Source: Squalus acanthias
Lineage: Eukaryota
Assembly (NCBI GenBank): GCA_030390025.1
Contig: CM059431.1
Location: 103,046,001 to 103,110,000, forward strand
Length of the DNA stretch: 64,000 nucleotides
Reading direction: 5' to 3'
The notes under the pieces were generated by a model that was not told where the DNA came from, searched no databases, and worked only from the letters and a program-made list of their open reading frames with translations. Positions 13,100-24,725 of this stretch are shown piece by piece. Within the stretch, counting starts at the first letter, position 1; each line of letters begins with the position of its first letter. Made by a program: the position numbers and the translations under genes.

Positions 13100-13766
13100 A
13101 GAGTCTTTGTGCACAAATCTCTGAAGGTGGCAGGACAGGTTAACAAAGCAGTTCATAAAGCGTATGGGATCCTGGGCTTTATAAATAGAGGCATCGAGTA
13201 CAAAAGCCAGGAATTATGCTAAACCGGTATAAAACACTAGTTCAGCCCCAGCTGGAGTATTGTGTCCAACACTTTAGTAAGGATGTGAAGGTTTGGAGAA
13301 GGTACAGAAGAGATTTACTGGAATAGGTACCAGGGATGAGGGATTAGAGTTAAGTGGATAGACTGGAGAAGCTGGCGTTGTTCTCCGTGGAGTAGAGAAG
13401 GCTAAGAGGAGATTTGATAGAGGTGTTTAAAATCATGAAGGGTTTCGATAGAGTGAATAAAGAGAAACTGTTTCCAATGGCGGATGGGTCGGTAACCAGA
13501 GGGCACAGATTTAAGGTGATTGGCAAAAGAACCAGAGGTGAGATGAGCAAAAACGTTTTTACGCAACGAGTGGTTGGGATTTGGAATGCGCTGCCTGATA
13601 GGGCGGTGGAGGCAGATTCAATAGTAGCCTTCAAAAGGGAATTGGATAAATACATGAAGGAGAAAAAAATTGCAGGGCTACGGGGAAAGAGCGGGGGGCG
13701 GGGGAGTGGGACTAACTGGATTGCCGAATGGCCTGCTTCTGTGCTGTACTATTCTATGATTCTATG
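13100..13766 (+). mobile_element. CR1 LINE 3' fragment
   Basis: IEVFKIMKGFDRV..RGHRFK..WNALP and an attctatg tail. Confidence 0.88.
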
Positions 13767-14627
13767 TAACATTACCCACTTCGTGGAATACGAAGAAACG
13801 CACTGAATGGAACTTTGCCTTTAACTTTAGAAAGTCCTTCTGCAAATAAAATGATGTTGTCATAGTTTAGACATAAGCAGTGCTATCAGTCACATGGAAA
13901 TAGATTTGTTCGACTCCTGTTCAGCCTGAGGGCATGCACTTAAAGTGGCACTCACAGAAAATGTTACTCCCAGTTTCCAAGAGCAAGAAGCAAAGTTTCC
14001 CCAGGTGGGTACAATCTTAAAAAAAAAACTTGCATCTCAAATCACAAACTGCCATCTGAAAGTGACATGTAATATTTTACCGAGCGGAGTTTAGATAATG
14101 GCAAATGGAAAAGATGGGGAACACCACTAGATTGCTCTCTACCCTTGAAAGTAAGAGTTATATGGGACAGAAAGTAAGGGCTTCAAGGAAACATACCCTT
14201 CTAGCGCACCATATGTAACAAATGCTAATGGGGCGACCATAGGTCACGGCTATTATAACTCAATACAAATGGAACTGAAAGTAAAATGCAACGCACATTA
14301 GAATTTAAGCAATATTTCAAATTCACGCCAGCAAAAATGAAATTTCCTGCAATAAGTACACCTTGAATTTACACACTGCGGCACATGAGAAATATTAACC
14401 TGCAGCCCCTAAGGAAATTAAACTGGGATAAATTCAGCAAAGTACTTGACGGTATTACCATAAACTCTGTTAATAGATTGAGATAAATAAACAAAATACA
14501 CTTTCACAGTGATGCTAAATATGACCATCATCACTAAGAGTATTGATTTAATGTCTCACGTCCAAGGTTTTTCAGATTCTTGCCCTGTGGTTCTTTAGTG
14601 ATTCGTTCCTTTTATTCGCAGGACTCA

Positions 14628-15008
14628 CTGAAACGTATAGGATTCTGAGGGAGGATTGACAGGGTAGATGCTGAGAGATTGGTTCCCCGTGGCTGGAGAG
14701 TCTAGAACCAGGGGTCACAGTCTCAGGATAAGGGGGCGGCCCTTTAAGACTGAGATGAGGAGGAATTTCTTCACTCGGAGGGTGGTGAATCTTTGGAATT
14801 CTCTGCCCCAGAGGGCTGTGGATGCTCAGTCATTGAGTATATTCAAGACAGAGATCGATAGATTTTTGGACTCTAAGGGAATCAAGGGATATGGGGATCG
14901 GGCGGGAAAGTGGAGTTGAGGTCGATGATCAGCCATGATCTTATTGAATGGCGGAGCAGGCTCGAGGGGCCGTATGGCCGACTCCTGCTCCTAATTCTTA
15001 TGTTCTTA
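14628..15008 (+). mobile_element. CR1 LINE 3' fragment
   Basis: RTRGHSLRIRGRPFKTEMRRNFF and 3'UTR. Confidence 0.88.
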
Positions 15009-15326
15009 TTTAGGTTATACAGTGAATAATGTTCCAAGTTCTTTTACACAGATATGATACGCATGCTATACCATAGATATATGTGACACAGTTGTGTAGT
15101 TCTTTGCGATACAGTGATGCAATGTCATCATAAATTACTTTAAAAAAAATAATTTCCAGTCCAGTGGAGTGGCTGCATGTCAGGAGGGCTCCTTGCAATC
15201 CAACCTTGTATTTAAGTCTAAATCCACACATACCATGGTGGACAGATGCCAAAAATCAATCACCCGCAGCACACAGTGGAAGATAGGTTCTACCAGGAAC
15301 TACCCCAATTAGAATTTAGGTAATAA

Positions 15327-15696
15327 TAAGAACATAAGAATTAGGAGCAGGAGTCGGCCAGTTGGCCTCTCGAGCCTGCTCCACCATTCAATAAGATCAT
15401 GGCTGATCTTCGACCTCAACTCCACTTTCCTGCCCGATCCCCATATCCCTTGATTCCCCATGAGTCCAAAAATCTATCGATCTCAGCCTTGTATATATTC
15501 AATGACTGAGCATTCATAGCCCTCTGGGGTAGAGAATTCCAAAGATTCATAACCCTCTGAGTGAAGAAATTCCTCCTCATCTCAGTCCTAAATGGCCGAC
15601 CCTTTATCCTGAGACTGTGACCCCTGGGTTCTAGACTCTCCAGCCAGGGGGGAACCAACCTCTCAGCATCTACCCTGTCAATCCCCCCTCAGAATC
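15327..15696 (-). mobile_element. CR1 LINE 3' fragment
   Basis: ORF 15416-15658 belongs to the same subfamily as 14628-15008, inverted. Confidence 0.88.
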
Positions 15697-16802
15697 AACT
15701 TGGGGAAATGACTTGACACTGGGATAGTTCCATTGCCCTAAGCTCAGTACAAAGTCTTAGCCGATTCGGCAAATTCAGAGAGAGAGGTGGAGGAATTATA
15801 GGAAATCTCTGTCCTAAGGAAGATTATATAGTTCAGCACAGGTAGAAGCAAAGTTTAAGGCAGATCATCAGAAATGCAATCAAAGGGAACAAAAGATTGA
15901 AGTAAATTCATAAAGGAGAGGCCTGAGAGAGGCTTAACTCAAAGGAGATAAACGGAAGAGATAAAGAACTAATGGGGCACAGGTCTAAATCAAAAGCAAA
16001 AAGGAGTGAAATAGAAAAGTAAGATTTGAGGAGGAGTGGAAGAGAGAAGGAAGAGTAAGATAGAAGTCATGAGGTGTGTTCTCCGTGGGATGTTTAAGAA
16101 GGAAAATGGCAGGTTTATTAGATGGTCTAAAACTGCAAAATTACCAACAGATCTATAACCTTAAAGGAAAGATAATGGGTTGAGCGAGAAAGGTACAAAC
16201 GTTTACGAGGACAGACATAAGCGACAGTATTATTGAGGCAAAATGGATAGTATTAAACAACAACAACAATAACTTGCATTTATATAGCACCTTTAACGTA
16301 GTAAAACATCCCAAGGATGCTTCACAGGAGCGATTATCAGACAGAATTTGACACCGAGCCACATAAGGAGATATTAGGGCAGGTGACCAAAAGCTTGGTC
16401 AAAGAGGTCGGTTTTAAGGAGCGTCTTAAAGGAGGCGAGAGAGGCGGAGAGGTTTAGGCAGGGAATTCCAGAGCCTAGGGCCCCCGGCAGCTGAAGGAAC
16501 GGCTACTTGGTAAGTGAGTCACCACAGATTAGTGAAAGGTCCAGGGTATCACTGGACCTTGAGAGTGAAGCATGAGAGACTGGAGCTGGAGGACAGGGCA
16601 ACCAAGGGTGGGGTTTTGGAAACAAGTGCTGTGGGAAATGAACAAAATGGGGGTTATGGATACGCTAAGTTTGGTAAAAGAAGAAAAATAGGTAAGAAAG
16701 TCTGCAGACAGAGCTCACCAGATAGATTATATTAACAAACAGATACCCAGCCACTGACCACAACTGATGAATGAAACAAAGGGGGGGGCAATTTTAACTT
16801 GG

Positions 16803-17190
16803 AACATAAGAACATGAGAAATAGGAGCAGGAGTCGGCCATACGGCCCCTCGAGCCTGCTCCGCCATTCAATAAGATCATGGCTGATCTGATCTTGGCCT
16901 CAACTCCACTTCCCTGCCCGCTCCCCATAACCTTTGACTCCCTTATCGTTCAAAAATCTGTCTATCTCCACCTTAAATATAGTCCATGACCCAGCCTCCA
17001 CAGCTCTCTGGGGCAGAGAATTCCAAAGATTCACCACCCTCTGAGAGAAGAAATTCCTCCTCATCTCCGTTTTAAATGGGCAACCCCTTGTTCTGAGACT
17101 ATGCCCCCTCGTTCTAGATTCCCCCACCAGGGGAAACATCCTCTCAGCATTTACCCTGTCAAAGCCCCCCTCAGAATCTTATAAGTTTCA
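16803..17190 (-). mobile_element. CR1 LINE 3' fragment
   Basis: ORF 16900-17139 MFPLVGESRTRGHSL..WNSLPQRAV. Confidence 0.88.
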
Positions 17191-17717
17191 ATAACTTAAC
17201 TCGCTCACCAGGAAATCCACGGGATTGGGAGGAATGCCGGTTTGCCATCCCGCCCATTGAAGTCAGTAATATCGGGCGGGGTGTAAAAACCAGCGTTCCA
17301 CTCGATCTCGTGAGTTTTCGACCTGGCGAGTTAGGACAAAAATTAGCCCTCAAGGTCTCAGAAGAGGAAATAGCTAGAAAACACACAGCTTGAACTAAGA
17401 AGCAGTTTACAGGTCACAGGAAGCTTGTAATCATACTGGACTTACGAAAGCATTACTTGTAGGATGGTGAGTTGCTTACCTGGAGCAGTACATCCTGAGG
17501 AAAGAAGGGAGGGTAAAATCAGGTGGGGCGTAAATCCAGCGTTGCACCCGATCCTGTTAGTTTCCCGATGGATGGGTTAGGTTAAAATTAGCCCCCTATG
17601 TTCCCTGCTGCAGTACAGCGTGCACCTGAAGCGGGGAAAGAACGGTCTTATCACGCTCGACATGCAGCTCAATCATGGTTTAACAGAGAAGACTCTTTGT
17701 GGGCTTTGAGATTTTAA

Positions 17718-17995
17718 AATGCTCTCCTGGCCGGCCTCCAACCTTGCACACTCCGCAAACTTGAGCTCGTCCAAAACTCGGCCGCCCCCGTGTCCTAACT
17801 CGCACCAAGTCCCGTTCACCCATCACCCCCTGGGCTCGCTGACCTACACCGGCTCCCGGTCCGGCAACGCCTCGATTTTAAAATTCTTTTCCTTGTTTTC
17901 AAATCCCTCCATGGCCTCGCCCCTCTCTATCTCTGTAACTTCCTCCAGCCCCAACAACCCTCCGAGACCTCCAATTCTGGCCTCTTGAGCATCCA
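17718..17995 (+). mobile_element. L2 LINE fragment
   Basis: gtcctaactcgcaccaagtcccgttcacccatcacccc matches the L2 ORF2 copy at 51130-51555. Confidence 0.75.
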
Positions 17996-19021
17996 CGATT
18001 ACAAGTTAATTCCAATCAGGCCAGTAATGGTCTCTTCAAGTAAAGAGTAAAGAATTCAAAACTTTATTTACAGAATATAAAATATATTTACAGTCTCCAA
18101 AGTCATTTGGCAATTAATTTTCTCCCCAATTTTGTTGTCTTCATTTTGCTTTTTTAGAGTTCTCTTTTGTCTCCAAAACAAACCTGGGTTAGAAATGTTA
18201 GGCTCGACGGTGCTTCATGGCATGCTGTGCTGTATATATGACATACCTTTATGTTAAGGGTTCCCATCCAGTTTATCTTATATGTATGTAGACTTGGCAG
18301 ACCTTCAGTTGCCTGATTTATGTGCAGTTTTTTATTGTCAGTACCATTAGCATAACGGTTATTGGCCACTGTCACTTTACAATCCTAAAGGGGGTACATG
18401 AACAGAGAGACCTGGGGGTATGTGTGCACAAATCGTCGAAGGTGGCAAGGCAGGTTGAGAAAGCGGTTAAAAAAGCATACGGGATCCTGGGCTTCATAAA
18501 TAGAGGTACAGGGGTAAAAATTCAGTTGGTTGCGCCTCCCGTTAGTGCCTTAAGAGGGCGCTAATGGGGCGCAAAGCCGATAACGCCCGGGCGCAGCGAT
18601 GTTTGCGCCGCTCGGGAACTTAACTAGAGATTGTGCGGCGGCGCGAAACTTTACCGCTGCGACCACCTGCGCGCGCAGTTTGTGACGTCATTCCATGGTG
18701 CAACGCCCTTGTGGCGCCCCGGAGCGGAAATTGAGTGGCGCCCCCTGCCTTACCGCCTGGCGCATCCAACGACTGGAAGACTGGAACGCTATCAATCGCT
18801 GTGGGGCTGGGGGGGGCGCTATTTAAAGGGGGCCTCTTCCTGTCTTTTTCTGTGGTTGACATTTTTGCACCACTCGTTCTGAGAGAGAGAGAGAGATTCG
18901 GAGAGAGAGAAAGAGAGACTTCTGCATTGACTCAACGCTTTGTGAAGTAGTTTTGCCTACTGATCCTAACTTCGCTGGTACTTTGGTTGCTGTCCTTCAT
19001 TACTTTGCTTGCAAATAGACT

Positions 19022-20181
19022 ATGGGGGCTGCACTGATTGGGGGCGTCGTCCTGCTCCAGCTGAATCGGAGGACACAGAGACGCAGAGAGAGAGTGGCAA
19101 TGATGGCCAGACGGAGGAGGGCCAACAGGCGTATCTACAGGAGAGCTTACCCTCCCAGGGTATATCGTGAACAGCTCTCCTACATTCATATGTCTGAGGA
19201 GCTGTGTTTGCGAAGGCTGCGATTCAGCAAGGAGGTGGTCACTGAGCTCTGCCACCTGCTGCAGCCAGATCTGCAGCCTCAACTGAGGTCCAGGACGTCT
19301 CTGTCGGTGGCAGTGAAGGTAACAGTGGCTCTCAACTTCTACGCTATTGGCTCATTTCAAGCTGCTGCTGGGGACCTCGCCAATATCTCCCAGTTCGCGG
19401 TGCATTGCTGCATCCGGCAGGTCACAAATGCCCTCTTTAAAAGGAGACGAGAGTTCATCTCTTTCCCCATGACCCCAGACAAGCAGCGTGACCGCGCTCT
19501 GGGCTTTGCGAGGATAGCGGGCTTGCCCATGTGCAGGACGCCTTTGACTGCACGCATGTGGCTTTGCGTGCTCCGCATGAGAATGCCGAGGAATTCCGGA
19601 ACAGAAAGGGGTTCCATTCCTTGAATGTTCAGTTGGTCTGTGACCACAGACAGCTGATACTCGCTGTCAATGCCCACTATCCTGGCAGCTGCCACGATGC
19701 TTTTATCCTGTGCCAGACTACTGTGGCAGAACTTTTCGAGGCACCGCATCAGCCAGTTGGTTGGCTTCTCGGGGACAAGGGGTATGCATTGAGCACCTGG
19801 CTGATGACACCGCTCCGTACGCCCAACACCCCTGCTGAGCTGCGGTACAATGAGAGCCATCAAGCTACCAGGAACATAATTGAGCGCACAATCGGCGTGC
19901 TGAAGCAACGGTTCCGCTGTCTCGACCATTCTGGAGGAGCCCTGCAGTACTCGCCTGAGCGAGTATCCAACTTCGTAGTTGTGTGCTGCATGTTGCATAA
20001 CATGGCAATCGTCAGGACCCAGCCAATGCCACCAGGCCTTGGAGCACCATCAGAGGAGGAGGAGGAAGAGGAGGAAGAGGACGAGGAGGATGATCATCAG
20101 CAGCACCAAGGCGGGAGGGCGGTCCACAATGGTGAAACTGCAAGGGCCGTCCGTCAATGGCTGATAGCAAGCCGCTTCTAG
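19022..20181 (+). pseudogene. Harbinger (HARBI1-like, DDE_Tnp_4) transposase with one frameshift
   Basis: ORF 19022 (..VTVALNFYAIGSFQ..ISQFAVHCCIRQVTNAL..GFARIAGLP) joins ORF 19531 (VQDAFDCTHV..RNRKGFHSLNVQLVCD..YPGSCHDAF..LLGDKGY..YNESHQATRNIIERTIGVLKQRFRCL..CCMLHN) across a 1-nt deletion at ~19529-19530. Catalytic D, D and E are retained. Confidence 0.92.
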
Positions 20182-20493
20182 GGCCCCTGCTGTGGAAATG
20201 GCTTCTGCCATTGCTAACAACATCAATGAACCCAGCACGCAACCCCTAAGCCGGCCAAGGCACCAATAATTTCAAACACCAACCATGTATATTTTGAATA
20301 CAGAAACTTATTTATTTTACAAACTCTGTGTGTGTCAATTCCTCATGACAAACTCATAGAAATAAACACAAAAAAACAGTCAATAACATAACTGGTTCTC
20401 ACAACCTGGAGATAATGTCCAAAACACTAAACAAAAGTTGGACCATGAACCTCGGCCTTTAATAAAAAAATGACCAGCATTTTGTCACACCTC

Positions 20494-22421
20494 CTACTTT
20501 TTGCCCTTCGAGGGTGATCTCCTTCCCTTGCGCACTTCCCCCCTTCTAACCCTACTGCTCCTCCGTAATGGGACCTCAGTGGCTGCAGCAAGGCTGGTGG
20601 AAGGCTGCTGCTCGTCAGACCCTGACACTGCAGATGCCCCTGAAGGACGGCCTCGACCAGTTCTGGGCCTGGAGGGCCCGGCTGCAGACTGCACCAACTC
20701 TGCATGGGCGGCAGCAGTCTGTCCTACAGGCGGTGGCAAGTGCAGTGGAGAAGTGACAGTGTTGGCAGCAGGAATGCTGTCATCGTGAGAGAGGACAGCA
20801 ACTCCCTGCTCGCCCGACACACTGGCACTCCCACGGGGCAGCACTTCAGCATCCGGAGCAATCTGCTGGAGAACAGATTGCTGGCCTGCTGCAGCGCGGT
20901 GAGAGCCCCGGGGACATGTGAACGAACCATCGAGGTTGGCAGCAGTCTGTGCTCGCGTGGCCTCAATCTGAGTCTGCATGAGAGCAGTCAGAGATGGGAT
21001 CACGGCAGCCAGTGACTGAATTGCAGCACTAAGCGTTAGTGTGGCATCCGCCTGTGCTACAGCGAAGTGCTCCACACTCCTTGCCAGTGACTCAATGCAT
21101 TCGGGCACCCTTCCCACTGCACCCATGAGCTCAGTGTGCATGCCCACCGCCTGGGTGTTCATTTCTGCGATCAGCCGCTCCTCCTCTGCGTCCATTGCAG
21201 TAGGAGTCTCTGGCCTACTCTTCCTCTGGGGAGAAGGCCCCCGTTCTTCTCTACCCCCATGGTGTTGCTGCAGCCCGCTGGGTCCTGGAGCTTCACCCTC
21301 ATCAGACCCTTCCCCCCTGCTCCCCTCCAGGGAAGGCGTGTTCCCAGTGTGGGCATGGGCTTCCTCGGGAGAGGGTGGCACTGATGCTCCGGCTTCCTCT
21401 TCCTCCTCGGCTGCAGCTTCACTCCCAGTGGCAGCTTCAGGGCCCGTCTCCTCAGCTGGTGAATCACCATCTGAAAGCAGGGAGGTACAAGAGTGGCTTT
21501 AGCGTGAGGACAGGGTGGCAGTAAGGGAGGAATAAGTGCAGCGAGTTAGCAAGTTGGATTGAAAGTGTCAAAGGCTGGTGTTGTGAGGGACAAGTGGAAG
21601 GACAGAGGACAAAAAGGTGATGACCTTACCATTGCTGTCCAGAACGGGGTCGGCGTCTCCAGTGGCGACGGGACCGATCACCCGGCTTGCCACAATCCTG
21701 TGGACGCGCTCCTCAAGATCGCTGAGGGGTTGCAGCTGAGGCCGCCCTCCACCTGTCCGTTGCTGCTGTCTCCGATTATGCGCCAGCTTAGCCTGTAAGA
21801 AAAAGGACAGCATCTGAGTAAATATACAGCCATGGTCTTGCCTGATGTGCCTCCCATAGGTGAATAGCCCTTACTGTATGCAGCCATGGTCTTGCCTGAT
21901 GTGCCTCCCATAGGTGAATAGCCCTTACTGTATACAGCCATGGTCTTGCCTGATGTGCCTCCCATAGGTGAATAGCCCTTACTGTATGCAGCCATGGTCT
22001 TGCCTGATGTGCCTCCCATAGGTGAATAGCCCTTACTGTATGCAAAGTGTGGAATGTGTGTGTGTGTTTCATGAAAGGGCCATAGGTGTTGGATGAGTGT
22101 TGTGCATTGGGGTTTTAAGACCCTCTGGCCATAGAGTGAGGTTGAGATGGAGGGATGGAGAGGTATTGAGAAAAAGCCACTCACCCTGACGACCCGAGTG
22201 AGGTCGTTGAACTTTTTGCGGCATTGAGTATGGGTCCTGGGCACCATGCTCCTGGAGGAGACGCTCTGAGCCACCTCCCTCCACACTCTTCTGTACTCGC
22301 GTGGCAAAGGCCTCCTGCCACTCTCAGGGAAGAGTATACATCTTCTGCGCTCCACCGCGCCAACCAGAGCATCCAAGGCCCGCTCGGTGAAGCGCTGAGC
22401 TCGTTCTCTCACCCTCTCCAT
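20494..22421 (-). CDS. Harbinger Myb/SANT-like (trihelix) DNA-binding protein, 3 exons, 458 aa predicted
   Basis: Exon 1 22421-22185 (MERVRERAQRFTERALDALVGAVE..WREVAQSV..RTHTQCRKKFNDL, donor GTGAGT). Exon 2 21792-21630 (AKLAHNRRQQQRTGGG..LSDLEERV, acceptor ttcttacag, donor GTAAGG). Exon 3 21470-20494 (acceptor ctttcag). Phases 0 and 1 join in frame, 1377 nt in total. Confidence 0.85.
21823..22044. repeat. 54-bp tandem repeat, ~4 near-identical copies, in intron 1 of the Myb gene
   Basis: Unit cagccatggtcttgcctgatgtgcctcccataggtgaatagcccttactgtat(a/g) starts at 21827, 21881, 21935 and 21989. Confidence 0.97.
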
Positions 22422-23779
22422 CCTTGGCAGCAAAATGGATTCACAGGTCTCTCCAGGCCGAGATTCAAGGCTGCAATGAGCAGGGTGTGGCTGGGGAGCA
22501 AGTTGGCCCCCCCCGCTTTAAGAACTGGCCGGCGCCAGTGTGTCTGTGTTCCCTCGCTAACTGGCAGCAGCTGCGCTGCGCTCGCGCGCTGAGTTAGCGC
22601 CTCACTGCTCGGCCTTTGCACCTTAAGACAGGTGTGCAGCGCCTGATTTAGCGCTCCACTCACCTCCCGGGGCGGTAAAAGTGAAGTTTCCAGTCAGTGG
22701 CGATAATTAGCGCCAGGCGCTAATATTTGCGTCCAGACGATATTTGCGCCCCAAATGGGGCGCGACCTAATTTTTCCCCCATAGAGTACAAAAGCAAGGA
22801 AATTATGATGAACATTTTATAAAACATTGTTCCGGCCTCAACTGGAGTATTGTGTCCAATTCTGGGCACCGCACTTTAGGAAGGATGTGAAGGCCTTAGA
22901 GAGGGTGCAGAAAAGATTTACGAGAATGGTTCCAAGGATGAGGGACTTCAGTTACATGGATAGACTGGAGAAGCTGGGGTTGTTCTCCTTAGAGCAGAGA
23001 AGGTTGAGAGGAGATTTGATTGAGGTGTTCAAAATCATGAGGGGTCCAGACAGAGTAGATAGAGAGAAACTGTTCCCATTGGCAGAAGGGTCGAGAACCA
23101 GAGGACACAGATTTAAGGTGATTGGCAGAAGAACTAAAGGCGACATGAGGGAAAACTTTTTCACGCAGCGAGTGGTTAGGATCTGGAATGCACTGCCTAA
23201 AAGGGTGGTGGAGGCAGACTCAATCGTGGCTTTCAAAAGAGAATTGGATAAGTACCTGAAGGAAAGAAATTTACAGGGCTACGGGGAAAGGGCGGGGGGA
23301 GTGGGACTAGCTGAAGTGCTCTTGCAGCGAGCCGGCACGGGCTCAAGGGGCCGAATGGCCTCCTTCTGTGCTGTAACCATTCTATGATTCTATAAGGCAT
23401 TCGGTAACAGCAGAAATCACATCTACTCATGTAGTTCACTCATATATATATGCATTATGTGTTGGTGAAAATATTTAATTCAAGAGTTTACTGAGCCCAG
23501 AAAGCCTTAGGCATTGGCAGTTAGTTAGAGGAAAGGAAATGCTTGGGGCTGTGAACATTGGCCATCCCTCCACCTTCACCTCACAGCGACTGCTGTGTGA
23601 GAGATTTCAGTGGAGCTGTGCTTTCTGAGAGCACTTTACATCAGTGGATAAAATTGAAAACAAGTGGTATTAAGGCCAACTTTATGTTGGAGTAGACACT
23701 GCCAGCAACTACTGCTGGAATCTGTGATGGGAAATTGTAACTAATTTGGCTTTCGTGTCACCTAACCCTAACCCTAACC

Positions 23780-24180
23780 CAATGAGGTACTTTTGAAGTG
23801 TAGTCATTGTTGTAATGTAGGAAAAACAGCAGCCAATAGGCACACAGCAAGCTCCCACAAACAGCAACGTGATAATGACCAGATCATCTGCTTTTAGCGA
23901 TGTTGGCTGAGGGATAAACTTCGGCTAGGACACCTGGGAGAACTCCCCTTGCTCTTTTTTTTTGATATAATGCCACGGTTTGTTTTTTTACATCAACCTG
24001 AAAGGGCAGATGGGGCTTTGATTTAACGTTTCATCCGAAAGACGGCACCTCCGACAGTGCAGCACTCCCTCAGCACCGCACTGGAGTATCAGGCTGGATT
24101 CTTTCCTCAAGTCTCGGGAGTAGGGCTTGAACTACACAGCCATCTGACTCAGGCGAGAGAGAGGGCCACAGCCGACACAA
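23780..24180 (-). mobile_element. tRNA/Deu SINE (degraded)
   Basis: atccgaaagacggcacctccgacagtgcagcactccctcag core and tRNA-like head. Confidence 0.75.
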
Positions 24181-24391
24181 ATTGCAGATTACGGGGAAAG
24201 GGCAGCGGGGGGAGTGGGATTGTTTGGATCGCTCTTTCAAAGAGCCGGCACAGGCACAATGGGCCGAATGGCCTCCTACTGTGCTGTATGATTCGATGAT
24301 TCTGGGTGCCTCTGAGTGACTGTAAAGCACTCTGAGATATGTGAGGATCGCTATATCAATGCATGTTGTTGTTGTAACTGTTAAGAATAAT

Positions 24392-24725
24392 GGGGGGACA
24401 ATTGGGTTGGTTTGTGCCTCTCGTTAGCGCCCCCGGGGTGCGAATCCCCGAGCGCAAAATTCAGCGGGAGGTTAGCGGCGGCGGTAACCGGTAACGCCCC
24501 CCCGCCGCTGCGGCGCCGGCGATGATGTCATCGGCGTGCGCAGCACCCCGCTCGCGCCCCGGCCGCAAACCTCCCTTGCGCCCCCTGACCTATCACTGGA
24601 CGATATGTGCGACAGGATCAGGGAGTGGTTTGGCGGCGGCGCTACGACTGAATTTATGGCGGCGTTAAAGTTAGCACCCTGGCGACGTTAGTGCCCCAAA
24701 ATGGGCGCCCCCCAATTTTTCCCCT
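24392..24725. mobile_element. Harbinger MITE (334 bp) related to the autonomous element's ends
   Basis: TIRs GGGGGGACAATTGGG / CCCAATTTTTCCCCT. Perfect TSD AAT at 24389-24391 and 24726-24728. Subterminal ggttggtttgtgcctctcgttagcgcc resembles 18524-18549. Confidence 0.82.

Larger units (their letters stand above)
18511..22780 (+). mobile_element. Full-length PIF/Harbinger DNA transposon (4270 bp, two genes)
   Basis: TIRs GGGGTAAAAATT / AATTTTTCCCCC. 3-bp flanks ACA/ATA. Cleanly interrupts a CR1. Encodes a DDE transposase (+) and a Myb/SANT protein (-) in convergent orientation. Confidence 0.93.
18378..23392 (+). mobile_element. CR1 LINE 3' fragment (18378-18510 + 22781-23392) split by the Harbinger element
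   Basis: ..KKAYGILGFINRG (to 18510) continues as IEYKSKEI..RPQLEYCVQFW after 22780. Confidence 0.9.

Noticed and set aside
14505..14545. CACAGTG heptamer as a V(D)J signal
   Set aside because: No nonamer at 12- or 23-bp spacing, and no V/J segments nearby.
19357..19998. 213-aa antisense ORF over the transposase
   Set aside because: Shadow ORF of a GC-rich coding strand; no recognisable motif.
19022..20181. Domesticated host HARBI1 gene
   Set aside because: It lies within TIRs, is paired with a Myb gene, is inserted in a CR1 and is frameshifted, so it is a transposon copy.
21823..22044. CRISPR-like array
   Set aside because: Head-to-tail repeats with no unique spacers, no cas genes, and a eukaryotic context.
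23760..23780. (CCCTAA)3 telomere-like repeat
   Set aside because: Too short to distinguish from a simple repeat or repair scar.
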